Assembly: GCA_003971905.1 (NCBI GenBank)
Contig: RSEE01000051.1
Coordinates: forward strand, 434,001-486,057
Origin: Moniliella sp. 'wahieum'
Lineage: Eukaryota
DNA: 52,057 nt
Direction: 5' to 3'
The position numbers and the translations under genes were made by a program. The notes under the pieces are model-generated. The model worked only from the letters and a program-made list of their open reading frames with translations, was not told where the DNA came from and made no database searches. Below, in pieces: positions 24,416-36,403 of the stretch. Numbering within the stretch: the stretch's first letter is position 1; the number at the start of each line of letters is the position of its first letter.

Positions 24416-24639
24416 TGTTGAGCCACCGGGTGGCTCGTGCTTTGGCCAATGTCCCTTCAGTTTTTCCTCAGGCCTAGGAGTTCCGTTGTTTTTCCTCTCT
24501 CCTTTTTCCTTGTTCCGCAGCTTAGCTCCTGGTGGCGACTCGCTGCTTGATGTTCCTCAGTAGGCGTTGCTGGTTGGCTCAGACTACCACCACCACTAGT
24601 GCCATTGCATCACCCTCGACTGGACTCCAGGTCTCATCA
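24416..24639 (+). repeat. 5' LTR (224 bp)
   Basis: TGTTGAG...CTCATCA; differs from the 3' LTR by two 2-nt indels and one substitution (by eye). Confidence 0.96.
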
Positions 24640-24756
24640 GAGTTATATATACAACTCTTCGCTCATCCAGTGAGCAACGGTGATCAACCCACAATTCCCT
24701 CTTCCATCCCCTCACCCTCTCCGTATCCATCCCTTTCCATCGGCGTTTTCTCAACA

Positions 24757-27700
24757 ATGAGCGCCATTTCACTTCCTACCCCTCAGCTGTCGAACCCGGA
24801 CTGGGCCGACCAGCACCTTCCATCCCCTTTTCCTAAAGACAGCATTACTTTCACACGTGCCTCGCAATTGGCCAACGAATAACTGAGCCAATACCAGCAC
24901 CCTTTACCATATTCTTGAGGATAACAGTCCTTTGGTGGCCAACACGATGCGTCTGATTTTCAAACACGTCTCACATTATCTCAGGCAAACTATCAACTCT
25001 TGAAGAAAAGATCGTCAAAATGGTCGGCGATCCTACTAAGCGTCTTCCCAGCGATCCATATGTCCAGTCGACAGTGGTGCGCCACTTTGACGAATTGCGT
25101 AGTGTGTTTCGTCGCACTTTGATGCATTTTTGCGAACCGTTTTGGTTCTCCGCTTCTTCTTCTCAACATCTTCCGCAACATCGGAACCGGAGGATCCCGT
25201 TGCGACCCCACGGCCGGCGTCGTCACCTGTGCCACGACGAATCCATTGTTCATACTCCTGTGGCAACAACGACACCATCGCTTCCTCCTCCGATTGACGA
25301 TGCAATCTTGTCAAGTTTGACTAAGCTTTTCCGTTCAGGCGTATCCTCCGAATTCTCGTGACTACAGCCGAGAAACGTTGGGGTACTGACGTGGGCATTG
25401 CCGCTGCTATGGAGGTTATACAGCAACTGCCTTCCGACACTACGCATTCTGCGGCTTCACTGAAGATACATTCCCTGTTTCTCCCTCTACCGTCACTTTG
25501 GATGAAGCAGTCGACTACTTTCGCACCGTCTTCATTGACGGTGGAACGCCTTGGAACCGAATTCACGAATGTGCCGTTAGCAAATATGGTTCGGACCTTG
25601 GGCACCAAGCACAAAGGTTTTGTTCCGGCGACTCCGTGACGAAGGCAAGGATCCTGAGACTTTGTCCGCTCTGAAGACTCTGACGTCCACTTTGGACAAA
25701 GACGACAAGTTCAAGGCCGGACAACCATTTTGGCCGTGGGCCAACCAGGCCCTTGCGACTATGGATCGGGCAATCCCGGGAGCACGGGAGATCGTAGAGC
25801 ATGGACCTACCGGAGCTGGTTATAAGGCCGGTATGGACCGTAAGCTTTTTGATCCCCTTTATGTCCGACTACATCGCACTATTCATGATTCATTTCATGA
25901 AACTGAAGTGGATTCTCGTGCATCATCCCTGTTTGCTCTACTTCGGGAACGCTACGGTCATATCTCCCCATCGGATAAAATCGACACGTTGACAGACCTC
26001 CTGAATCTTTCCTTTGTTTCACGGACGGGGGCCCAATTTGTTCAACAGCATCGCTTGTTGTACAAGACCAACTTGTGGCTGGATTCTCCTCTGCCAGACA
26101 CCGTCCTCCGCACAGCGGTCATTAACGCGATACAGAAGAACGGCATGTTGATTTCCTATTCCGACAAAACATACGAGGAACTCTTGACGCTTGTGGCAAC
26201 TCACTCATCTGCTGTTCGTCGTGCGGCTCGTCTTCTCTCTCTTCTGTTCGCGGAACCGATCATCGCACCAAAAACTCTGGTTCCCGCGGCGGGTCTTCCA
26301 AAGGTGGACGCTCGTCCCGAGGTGACACCTCTTCTTCGGCCCATGCTGCTTCCCTAAGTGGCAATACCGTTCATGAGGGTGGAAGCAGTAGTGCAGAACG
26401 CATTCTGGGTTACCCCCCTTTGCACGGTACCGCACAGAGGGCTACCAATCCTTTAGGCCTCTCTGTTCCCTCAACCAATGCCTCCTACCATGTGAGCACA
26501 AGTGGGGCCGTGCCGCTCGTCTCCGCCAACCAGCAAGGACCTCACTCTCAGGGACCGGCACCTAATAGCGCAGGGGTGAGTTCTGCTGCGTCCACTATTG
26601 CCCCCTCCCGTCATCGGGAATAGGGATACGCGGGGAGTCTTCCGCCAGCCGCCCTCCCTGCGCAACATGATTCGGGCGCGCGCCCGTCTGTCTTCAAGGA
26701 TAAGAACGCATTTACCTCACTACGTCCTAGTCGTGCTCCTATAGTCCTTGCAGGGCGGGTAGTGCAAGCCGATGGCATTGGCACTGTCTCTTTCTATATC
26801 CATACCTGTACCGGTCCCCCCTGTATATGTTCAACTCTCCGACTCTTTCTATTGTTTCTTTTTCCTTACAACTTGGTCAGTGCGTACCAACTCTCGATGG
26901 CCGGGATCGAGAGTTTAGTGGCAGCATGGGGCCAAGGCATCTACCTTTACCGAACGGGTGACATTCCCCGCCTTGTTACGGATGCTAGCTACAAAATGTT
27001 TATCGAACCACTCCTGCCTTCCTCTTCTCCTTCCCCTTCCTCTTCTCCCTCCCCTTTCCCTTCCCACAATGCCCTTTCAATCGAACCCTCTAATACTGTT
27101 TTGGACAAGGTTCAACGTGTCCATGAACAGTGGAATCATATCGCCCTTGACCAGCTCCCACACTTAACCGCATCCATGTCCTTTCCTTATCGTGTTCTAC
27201 CTCAAGATGTCGCGACTGTTCGTCCCCACTGGCATTGCCCTTCCTGTATTCTCTCGCATGCCACAGCCCCTCCTCATTCCCTTTCTCCAACTGCTACCAG
27301 AACCACCCGACCTTTCTCCTTGATCCACATCGATGTGGTCGACATTCCTCGCCAAGGTGGCGGGGGACACGGGTGGGGTTTGGTTATCGTCGACGACTTC
27401 ACCCGGTACGTTTTCTTCCTTCCTCTTTCTTCCAAAGGTGAAGCAACTGCATCTCTTCGTCACTTTATTACCCGTGAGCAGCGTCAGCGCCCTGAAAGAC
27501 CCCTCCAGGTGGTCCACTCTCCGACAATGCTCCAGAATTGATCTCCGCTATGATCGATTTTTACGACGAACAAGGTATCGTGAGTGAACCACCAATCCAG
27601 GCGAAAGTGCTTCGAATGGTATCGCCGAAAGAGCGATCCGGTCCATCATGGATCGTGCTCGCACCTTGCTCGCTTCTACTCGCCTGGATCCCGAAGATTG

Positions 27701-30126
27701 GTGGCATCATGCTCTTCACGCTGCTGCGTACACACACAACCTTGTGCCTCCGAAGGGTTGGGGGGGCAACAGCCGTTTTGTACGTTACCACGATTTCCCT
27801 CCCTCCCTTCCTATGCATGGTTTCGGTACCTTAGCATACCTTCACCTCTTTTCCAACCAGCGTGACGGCGGCAAGTTGGGTCCGCGGGCCGTTCCTGCCA
27901 TGCTCATCGGATACGACGAGCGCCGTGGTCGTAAGGGTTGGCTTTTGCTCTGCATGGCGGCCCTGGCCTAGTTTACTATCGCTGGAAGAAACCTTTCAAG
28001 TGGACCAACCTGTCATACACTGCAGAACATCCCACACATTTCAACCTTATTCCTTCCAACATTGTTTCTCCTCACGGGGCCGGGGGGGTTGAGGAGACAC
28101 CGGACGCAAATTCTCCAAACCTTCCGACTTTACCTGCTCCTCCTACTGTCGCCCCTCCTCGTCCTCCTCCTCTTACTGTAGCCCCTCCTCCTCTTACTCC
28201 CATTGTATCCCCACCTCCTACTGATGCCGCCCCTGTTCCTAACCAACACCAACCTGCGCTGCGTCGTAATCCCGGACGCCGAGAACGACTCCCCGCCCCT
28301 CCCCTTGATCTCTCTCATCCTGCTCCCGATACCCCCAGGATCCATCTTTCATTCCCCTTGCTCTAAAGGTTCCCACCCTCTTTCATCCTCCTGTCTCACT
28401 TTCCACTCTTGACTTACCCACTTTTGTCAACATCTTCGGTCCCATGCCCAATACTTCCCTCATCCCCGACTCGGACCACACTCAACCTCTCTTGCCCTTG
28501 CTCTCGACCACGCGCGAGCGAGGACGCACTCCTTCTTACCACCGATGGTGTTCCCTTGGCGCCCAAGTCCGTGCGGGCTCTCGTCGGCCACCCTGCATTT
28601 GATGTCCTTGCTGCCATGCGCGTTGAACTGACGCGTTTCGATTCCCGCAAGGTGAAGGAGGTGGTGCCCATTCCTCCGGGGGCACGTGTGTTACCCGGTA
28701 TTTGGGTCCTCAGTACCAAGACGGATGCTGAGGGTCGCTTTGTCAAGTATCGTGCGCGTTATGTAGTGGGAGGACATCGCCAGCTTCCCGGCTCCTGGAC
28801 CAAGTCATTTGCTCCCGCGGTTCGCACCTCCGCCGTCAATACTTTGATCGCCGTCTCAGAGGCGGAAGGGCTCCAGCTCTTTACAGCCGACGTTGAGGCG
28901 GCGTATCTGTATGCGGACGTGACCGAAGAGGTCTATGTTAGGCCGCCTCCCTTTTTCCCAGAAGGGAAAGGCAAGTGTTGGAAACTGAAGAAGAGTCTTT
29001 ATGGTCTCCATCAAAGTGGGGCCAATTTTGGTGATTGGCTGCGTACTTTCCTTGTGACCGTCTTGGCTTTACCAGTCTCAAGTCGGAGCCTTGCCTCTTC
29101 ATTCGTCGTACCCAACCCTTGGATCTCATTCTATTGGCCATCCACACTGACGATTTTCTGTTGCTTGCCGTTCGCGGGACATCTACGACTCCTTCCTTGT
29201 TGAGCTTCGCCGTCATATCGAGATTAAATCCAATGGCCCACTTCGTTTCCATCTCGGGTGCCAGTACGACCGCATTGATGGCGCCTCTATGTGAGCCAAC
29301 CCAAGTTCATTGCTGAAACGCTTGCCACCCACGACCTGGTTCACGACCATCCTCGACGTCTCCCGCTCAGTCACACACTTCCTCCTCCCCTACGCCCCGA
29401 GCACCAACCACGATCCACACGCGACGAGAATCACGCCTACCGTTCTATGGTCGGATCTGCCATGTGGTCGGCTCGCATGTCTCGTCCCGACACCTTGTTT
29501 GCCGCCACCTTCTTGGCTCGCTTCTTAGATGACCCTTCCCGTGTTCACCGTGACGCTGCCGTTGGCTTGTTGCGATAACTGAAGGGTACTGCTGACCATT
29601 CCCTCCGCTTAACACCTGACCGCGCAAGACCCCTCCTTGAACTGCATACGGATGCTTCTTTTGCTTCGGACAAGCGCTGCTCACGGTCTGTTCCGTGTAC
29701 GTTGTGTTTGTGTATGGTGTGCCTGTTTCGTGGAATACCAAGACACAGAACCAAGGAGTGAGCAACATAGCCGCTTCCGAATACTTGGCAATGGGTGATG
29801 GTTTGCGCGATGCACTCTTTGTGCGCAATATTCTTTTTGAGCTGGGTATTTGTTCTGCTGAACACCCAATTCAGCTCTTTGTCGACAACACTGCCGCCAA
29901 GGCTCTTGCCGAGAAGCTTGGCAGCCTGGGTAAGATCCGCGAGATCGATGTTTGGTACCACGAGGTGCGAGAACGCATCCATTGTGGCGAGCTTGTTGTT
30001 CATCATGTCCCAGGCGTGGATCATTTATCTGATTGGTTCACCAAACCTGTTGGTCTTCCCAAACTCCTTTCCACATCTCAACAATTCGATTTGGCTCCCC
30101 TTTCTTCTCGTTTGGTTTCTTCTTAA
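24757..30126 (+). CDS. copia Gag-Pol polyprotein (frameshifted in this assembly)
   Basis: Gag with a probable degraded CCHC knuckle near 26240, protease HDSGA (about 26665), pre-integrase HEQWNH...CPSC, rve PFSLIHIDV..VIVDDFTRY, RT ADVEAAYL / LKKSLYGLHQSG / IHTDD, RNase H TDASF, ASEY, VDNTAA, SDWFTKP. Confidence 0.93.
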
Positions 30127-30174
30127 CGTGTTTTGGCCTACGAGTTTCCTTTGTGGTCCCTTGGCCCGGGGGGG

Positions 30175-30398
30175 TGTTGAGCCAGGGTGGCTCGTGCTTT
30201 GGCCAATGTCCCTTCAGTTTTTCCTCAGGCCTAGGAGTTCCGTTGTTTTTCCTCTCTCCTGTTTTTCCTTGTTCCGCAGCTTAGCTCCTGGTGGCGACTC
30301 GCTGCTTGATGTTCCTCAGTAGGCGTTGCTGGTTGGCTCAGACTACCACCACCACTAGTGCGATTGCATCACCCTCGACTGGACTCCAGGTCTCATCA
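30175..30398 (+). repeat. 3' LTR (224 bp)
   Basis: Copy of 24416-24639, preceded by PPT GGCCCGGGGGGG and followed by TSD CTTAG. Confidence 0.96.
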
Positions 30399-31391
30399 CT
30401 TAGTTCCAACACGCTCCCTACCGCCACAATGGGAGCGGGTAGAGCACCAATGTGGTTAGATACCCACCTCTCTCGCAGCAACCTCGCCACTTCCTTCCGC
30501 ACTTCGTTAAAGTGATTTTTTGTGGATGCCTATAAATACGTCCTCTTCACCCACAACCCCTATCGGTCCCCATAACGGCCCTATATGTACCGAAAGGAGA
30601 ACCAAGAAATGCAACAAGAGATTGATGGAAGCAATGTGTGTTGGTTGTGGCACGGCAGTGTGTGTTCGACTATTACATCAGGCTCTCTTCTATGCCTGTG
30701 CCACCACGTATTGCCCTTGTTTACCCACAACCAAATCCGGATTTTGGCTTCAAGCTGCCCACCCTCTTCTCTCGTTCCTCTGGTTGCCAGAGCAATGGGG
30801 ACGAACGGCAATTAAAATGTTATCAAGGTGTAATATCCGAGAGCTTTGTAGTACGGTCTCTGGAAGGGAAAAGCCATGTGCGAACGCTGGTCCATTGAAA
30901 GCATGTGAGCAACTAGTATAGCAGCGCAGGCAAGGTGTGGGGTATATGAGTGGTGAAGCAGTGATGTAGGTGTGATGACATCACTAAGGGAGTGACGTAA
31001 CGCATCTCATCCCAAGCCCCAACAATCAGTACTGAGACTCAGTACGCAGGCCCCCTGGCGGGGAGGAGTTACTATTGCGGCAAGGCAGTGGGAAAGTACG
31101 ATGGTGATTTAGATGTGACATGTGACATGCGACACTAGAGAAACCAAGCACAGGGCCAGTGTAAGCGCATGCGCGTAGTCAGCCAGCATAGTTCGTTCTC
31201 ATCACGTTTTTTTGCCAAATCACCCCGATCGAAACAAAGGGGCGGGCGCGAGGGTTTGCCAACGCACAGCTGACCGACGCGGCCAGCAGACGCCATTCCC
31301 TCAGCTGTTGCTCTGCGCAACGCCCAACCATCCAACGCTTCGGCGTGTCCAGCTCTAGCACGTCGCCGCTGGCCCGCCCCACGCGCCCTCC

Positions 31392-32635
31392 ATGTCTACT
31401 GAACAAGCGGATGCAGCGCATTCCGCCCACCATGTCGATCCTCCCTCTCATACTTCCACCCCGCCTCAGGGGGACGACGAGACGATGAGCAACTCGGTTC
31501 TATCCGCTCTAGACACCAGCCGGATGTCAAAGACCGACAAGCCCAAGGGCAAAAAGCACAAGACCCCGATTGACGATGCGGTGCGACAACGTATCTGTCA
31601 GCATGCAATGGCCAACCCAGGGATGAAGCAGAGGGATATTGCTGCACTCTTTTGTTTGGAACGGAGTACAGTGAGTAAAATCCTAAAAAACAAGGGCAAG
31701 TATTTGGCGATGCGAATCGAGGAACCTTTCCTTGATCGAGATCGGACGATTCGCCGCCCCATTCTCGAGGGTAAGCTGCTGGAGTTTGTGTATTGGATGG
31801 CATCGGAAGGCGCGCCGCCGCCGGACAATGACCTACTCCGCGCCAAGGCAACTGAGATTGACATGAGCCAGCGGGCGAGCCAACCACCAGGGGGGGACGC
31901 AAGTACCTCGGGCAACGATGTACTCACTGGCCCTCCTGACTATCCCTTTGTTCCTTCGGACACATGGCTTTCCTCATTCCGAGCGCGGCACCGTTTGATC
32001 AACCCCACTCAGGCGTTGGCGCCAGATGAGAGCACAAGCTCAAATGGAAAGCGAACTACGAGCACGCATCCCCTCATGCCTGCTGCCAAGCGCCGGTCCT
32101 CCATCCGGGACAACTCGGTACCCATGAGGCCAAAATCCAGCATAGCGAATGTGCCCAACCCGCAGCAGTCGCACTCTACTCCACCTCGGCAGGGGCCCAT
32201 CTCGTTAAGCGAGGCCGACTCCGCGTTGGCTGTACTGCTTCAATTTGTACGCGAACAGCCCGAGGACGTTTGTTCGCCTCAACACCACTTTCTCATGGGG
32301 CATCTACAAGCCACCATTTCGCGCCTCGCTGCTGCTCAGAACGGGAGCGGACAGTCTCCTCCTCCCCCCAACCAGGCGCAAGCCTCCCCACCTCATTATG
32401 CTCCCCCGAGTACCATTCCTTGGGCCATTGGACATGGCTCCGGAATCTCACCTCATCACCAGAGATCGCCCTCTTCTATGCAAGAAAATGGGAGCTCAAA
32501 ACGCACCGGGGACGATGTATCTCCTCATTTGGTCTCCGACCAGCACCGGCAATGGCGTCCAACTCGTTTGCTGCTTCAAACGAGTCTACGTCAAGGGATG
32601 TACCGGCTCCAACACTGCCCCCCCATTCATCCTAA
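31392..32635 (+). CDS. CENP-B/Tc5-type tandem HTH DNA-binding protein, copy A (no DDE domain); 3' end approximate
   Basis: IDDAVRQRICQHAMANPGMKQRDIAALFCLERSTVSKILKNK (psq-type HTH); RPILEGKLLEFV...NDLLRAKA...FVPSDTWLSSFRARH (HTH_Tnp_Tc5-like); C-terminal helix ISLSEADSALAVLLQFVREQ. Confidence 0.85.
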
Positions 32636-33185
32636 ATATGTTAGTTCTACTCCTGCCTGCTTCATAGGATGTTTTTATAGGGATGCCAAGAGTCAGGATT
32701 TGGATGGCATGCCATCAGGATGGCCGGGCAGCAATGTTAGAGAAGTGGTGGGCAGGAGGAACAGACCGGTGGCGGGTTATCGGTTACCCCGCTACCCGGT
32801 TATGGGGGGGTGCCAAAGACCCCACAAAGAAAGGCATTAACCAGATTGAAATTTGAAACGGAGACGTGCACGCCGTCGCGTGATGAGCTTGGGCTTCGGA
32901 CGCCATCAATTTGACACCACCTCACTTGTCTTCACCCCGCCCGCTTCACTTCTTCTTCCCCTCCCTTTTCAGGTCAATTCAACTCGCAACCAACTTCGGC
33001 AACTGGGATATATATGAGTGGCAGAGTCCGTGCCGGATCAATCGCTTGTGTGTTGCCCTCACTATCTTTTCAAGTTTCAGGCCCCACATGCACACACAGT
33101 TATATTGTGGAGAAACGCGTTGCCTTCAGCTGAGAGACAATATATACTTTTCTCAGTACTAAGTGCGCCCCTCCGTTCTTGTTTC

Positions 33186-33368
33186 CTTGAAGCTTGAAGC
33201 TTGAAGCTGACGCTGAAGCTTGAAGCTTGGCTTGACGGGCCTGACGGGTCACATACACATACCCACCGGCTGTGCGTATGACTCTGTTCTAGATCTTCCT
33301 TAAGCTTGAAGCTTGAAGCTTGAAGCTTGAAGCTTGAAGCTTGAAGCTTGAAGAGCTTGAAGCTTCAC
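33186..33368. repeat. (AAGCTTG)n tandem arrays
   Basis: Seven perfect units at 33302-33350 plus further units at 33186-33229 and 33351-33366. Confidence 0.95.
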
Positions 33369-34646
33369 CGGCTTCACCAGCTTGACCGGTTGACGATCAC
33401 TAACGTGTAACGCAGGCAATGAGGTCATGCACATGGGGGGTGGATAGTTCAGAAAGCCTCCAACAAAATGCTGTCACTGACGCTGCCGACATGGCGGACA
33501 CGTGTCTTTAGCTTGAACGTACCGGTACCGGGTACCCCCTTGAGGTACCTTCCTGGGGAAGGATCCTGTAACAAGGACGCCAGCGTCGTCACTGAGTACT
33601 GAATGCTTTCGAAGACCAACACGACGGGCCTGTCCATGCTATCGGGCCTTTAATTTAACGTTTAACGTTTAACGCATAACGTGGTGGGATGTGGGAGGCT
33701 CTCTGTGAAGCATGTGAAGGGCGGAGTAATAGAAGCAATCTTACTGGCATCCAGTCAAATTGCATCGGTGCGGCAGTGTGGGGCTGACACAGTCAGTGAT
33801 GTGACATGGCGATGATTGGATTACATTGATTCTCTAGAGACAAGAAGCGCGACACGGACACTAGGTCACTGCCCTGTCACATGTCACATGTCATCACGCC
33901 TGCGCCTTGGTTTTCCTGGGTTTGCTTTTTCCTTCTGCAGCGTCTCTGGACGACTGACAACGTACCGACATCGCTTCCCCTCGATAGTCGGTAATCGGTA
34001 CCATGTAACACTCCGTGCTCGTGATCAGCTCGCTATCTTTCCCCCAGTCGGGGCCATCTGAGTACTCAGACTGAGTGCGGCCCGTTGGTCACGGCGCAAG
34101 TTCAGCAGCAGCTCAAGGAACCAGTCCATAAGCCCACTGTAGCCATCGCTAGAGAGCAAGGGTGCGCAGGAGGAGGCCTAAGCGCTGGGGAGAAGGGTGG
34201 CGGGCGGCGGGCCGAGAAGGACGGCGGTAGCAAGCGTGGCAAGCGAGTTCGAGACGACGATCCGCCGTCGGAGCCAATGGAGCAGCCCGGCCAAGGGCGA
34301 AAAACGGGAACCAGGATGCAAGTGGGCCAACACCCGCGCTGGGCTGCCGGCGAATGCAAGTGATGCTGGTGGCTGATGCTGGTGACACGCATGCTGTGCG
34401 CTGGTGGCGGCCGCGGTAGACAGTGGCGCTGTGCCGCGGTGATCAAGCCGTGACACAGCTTCAGCGTGCAGCGTGGGGGCAGTGTAGCGCCATGCGCGTA
34501 GTTGGCCACCATCATTCGTTCCCATCACGTTCTTTCAAATCACTCCAATCGAAATAGAAGCAGCAGGCCCGCAGACGCGACCAGCCAGCCAGCCATCCAT
34601 CTGCCTGTCGCTCTGTCCAACCATCCAACGCGCCGACGCGCCCTCC

Positions 34647-36403
34647 ATGTCTGCCGACCAAGTGGAGGCAACGCACTCCGCTCCCCCTCCCCCAGCGCCC
34701 GCGCCCCCATCTACGGTCGTGCCGGAGCCGACGTCCTCGTCTGCATCGGCGTCCGATTCCGCACCCGCGTCTGTGCACGGCAGCTCTGACATTCCTACAT
34801 TAGCCGCTGTCCCGACGTCCACCCCAGAGGTGGATCCTTCCATTTTGCGACCCGTATCAGCCCCAGAGCCAGGTCTAAAAGTAACGCCAAAACCAGATTC
34901 GGTCCCTGTGCCTGAAGCGGTGCCAGTACCAGAGCCAACATCTGTCGTAGGAGCAGTGCTGTTAGCACTGAGCCTCCCTCGCTTCGTGGCGTCGTTCCAA
35001 ATGCCCATGCCATCCACCCTATGTATGCCACCTCACCTGGCCATGAAGTATGTGTCGCTCGCGCTCCTTTGCCCCAACGCTAACCGCGTCACAGCCGGGC
35101 TACGCGCCACTTCCGGGTTTTGGCTTAGATCTAAGTGCGTCGCCCCCACAGCCCATTCCCATCTACACACCCCACACACGTTTCCACCCTCCACAGGGGT
35201 ACGACGAGACGATGAGCAACTCGATTATATCGGGCCCAGACACAAGTATGATGTCAAAGACTGGTAAGCCCAAAAGCAAAAAACACAAGACGCGGATTGA
35301 CGACGCAGACCGACAACGAATCTGCCAGCATGCGGTGGCCAACCCTGGAATGAAGCAAGGGGATATTGCTGCGCTCTTTTGTTTGGAACGGAGCACAGTG
35401 AGCAAAATTCTTAAACACAAGGACCGGTACTTGACGATGCAGGTTGACGAAACCTTCCTTGATCGGAACCGGACAATCCGCCGCCCCGCTCTCGAGAGTA
35501 AGCTGTTGGAATACGTGCGTTCGATGGCGTCGGAAGGCGTCCCTACCGGACAATGACCAACTTCGCGCCAAAGCGACTGAGATTGACATGAGCCAGCGGG
35601 CAAGCCAACCGCCCGAGGGAGACGCAAGTACCTCGGGTAGCCATGTACTCGGGCTCTCCTGACCCTCCCTTTGTTCCTTCGGACAAATGGCTTTCCTCAT
35701 TTCGAGCGCGGCACCGCTTGCACAATCCCGCTCCATCGTCAGACTCGAGTGAGAGCAAAAAGTCCACTGGGAAGCGAGCTGCGAGCGCGCATGCACACAT
35801 GCCTCCTGCCAAGCGTCAGTCTGGCAGTTGGAACTATCCCAGTCCCCTGTACCCGGGGCCCACATGCCCCTATGGTTCACCCACCGCAGTGGCACTCCAC
35901 CCCACCTCCCCAGGGGCCCGTCTCGCTCCACGAGGCCGACACGGCCTTGTCTACCTTACTTCAGTTCTTACGGGAACAGCCAGAGGGGATTTGTTCGCCC
36001 CAGCACCACTTTATGTTGGGGCACCTGCAAGCCACCATTTCGCGCCTCGCTGTGGCCCGGAACGGACCCGCTCCTCGGCAGGCACAGGCGCAGGGGCCCA
36101 TGACCTCACACTATACTTCCGCGGGCACCCCCCAGTGGGCGGTGGACATGGGTTTGTTTCCTCCTCCCCCAAGTCTTGCCTGGTATCACGCCAGAGAACA
36201 GGACGTCAAAACGCGGTGGGCTCGATTCCTCCGCCTCGCCGGCGTCAGCGCATACAGCAGCGCTTGCAGCAGCGCCCACATCCGCGGCTGCTTCGGTTGA
36301 GACCACGCGGGATGTGCCTCCTCCGCCGGAGCCAGCTTCGCATCCTCGTTCGCCTAAAGATGCTAGATTTGCTCCTGTCTGTTGGGGGGGTGCTTCTCCA
36401 TGA
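34647..36403 (+). CDS. CENP-B/Tc5-type tandem HTH protein, copy B (paralog of copy A)
   Basis: MSADQVEATHSA vs MSTEQADAAHSA; IDDADRQRICQHAVANPGMKQGDIAALFCLERSTVSKILK; FVPSDKWLSSFRARH; VSLHEADTALSTLLQFLREQ. Intron 35048-35094. Confidence 0.85.

Larger units (their letters stand above)
24416..30398 (+). mobile_element. full-length Ty1/copia LTR retrotransposon with 5-bp TSD CTTAG
   Basis: Two near-identical TG...CA LTRs, CTTAG at 24411-24415 and 30399-30403, domain order gag-PR-IN-RT-RH, G-rich PPT before the 3' LTR. Confidence 0.97.

Noticed and set aside
33186..33368. Regular repeat resembling a CRISPR array or cloning linker (HindIII sites)
   Set aside because: No spacers, no cas genes, eukaryotic context. 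Similar arrays with other cores occur throughout the window, so it is not a vector linker.
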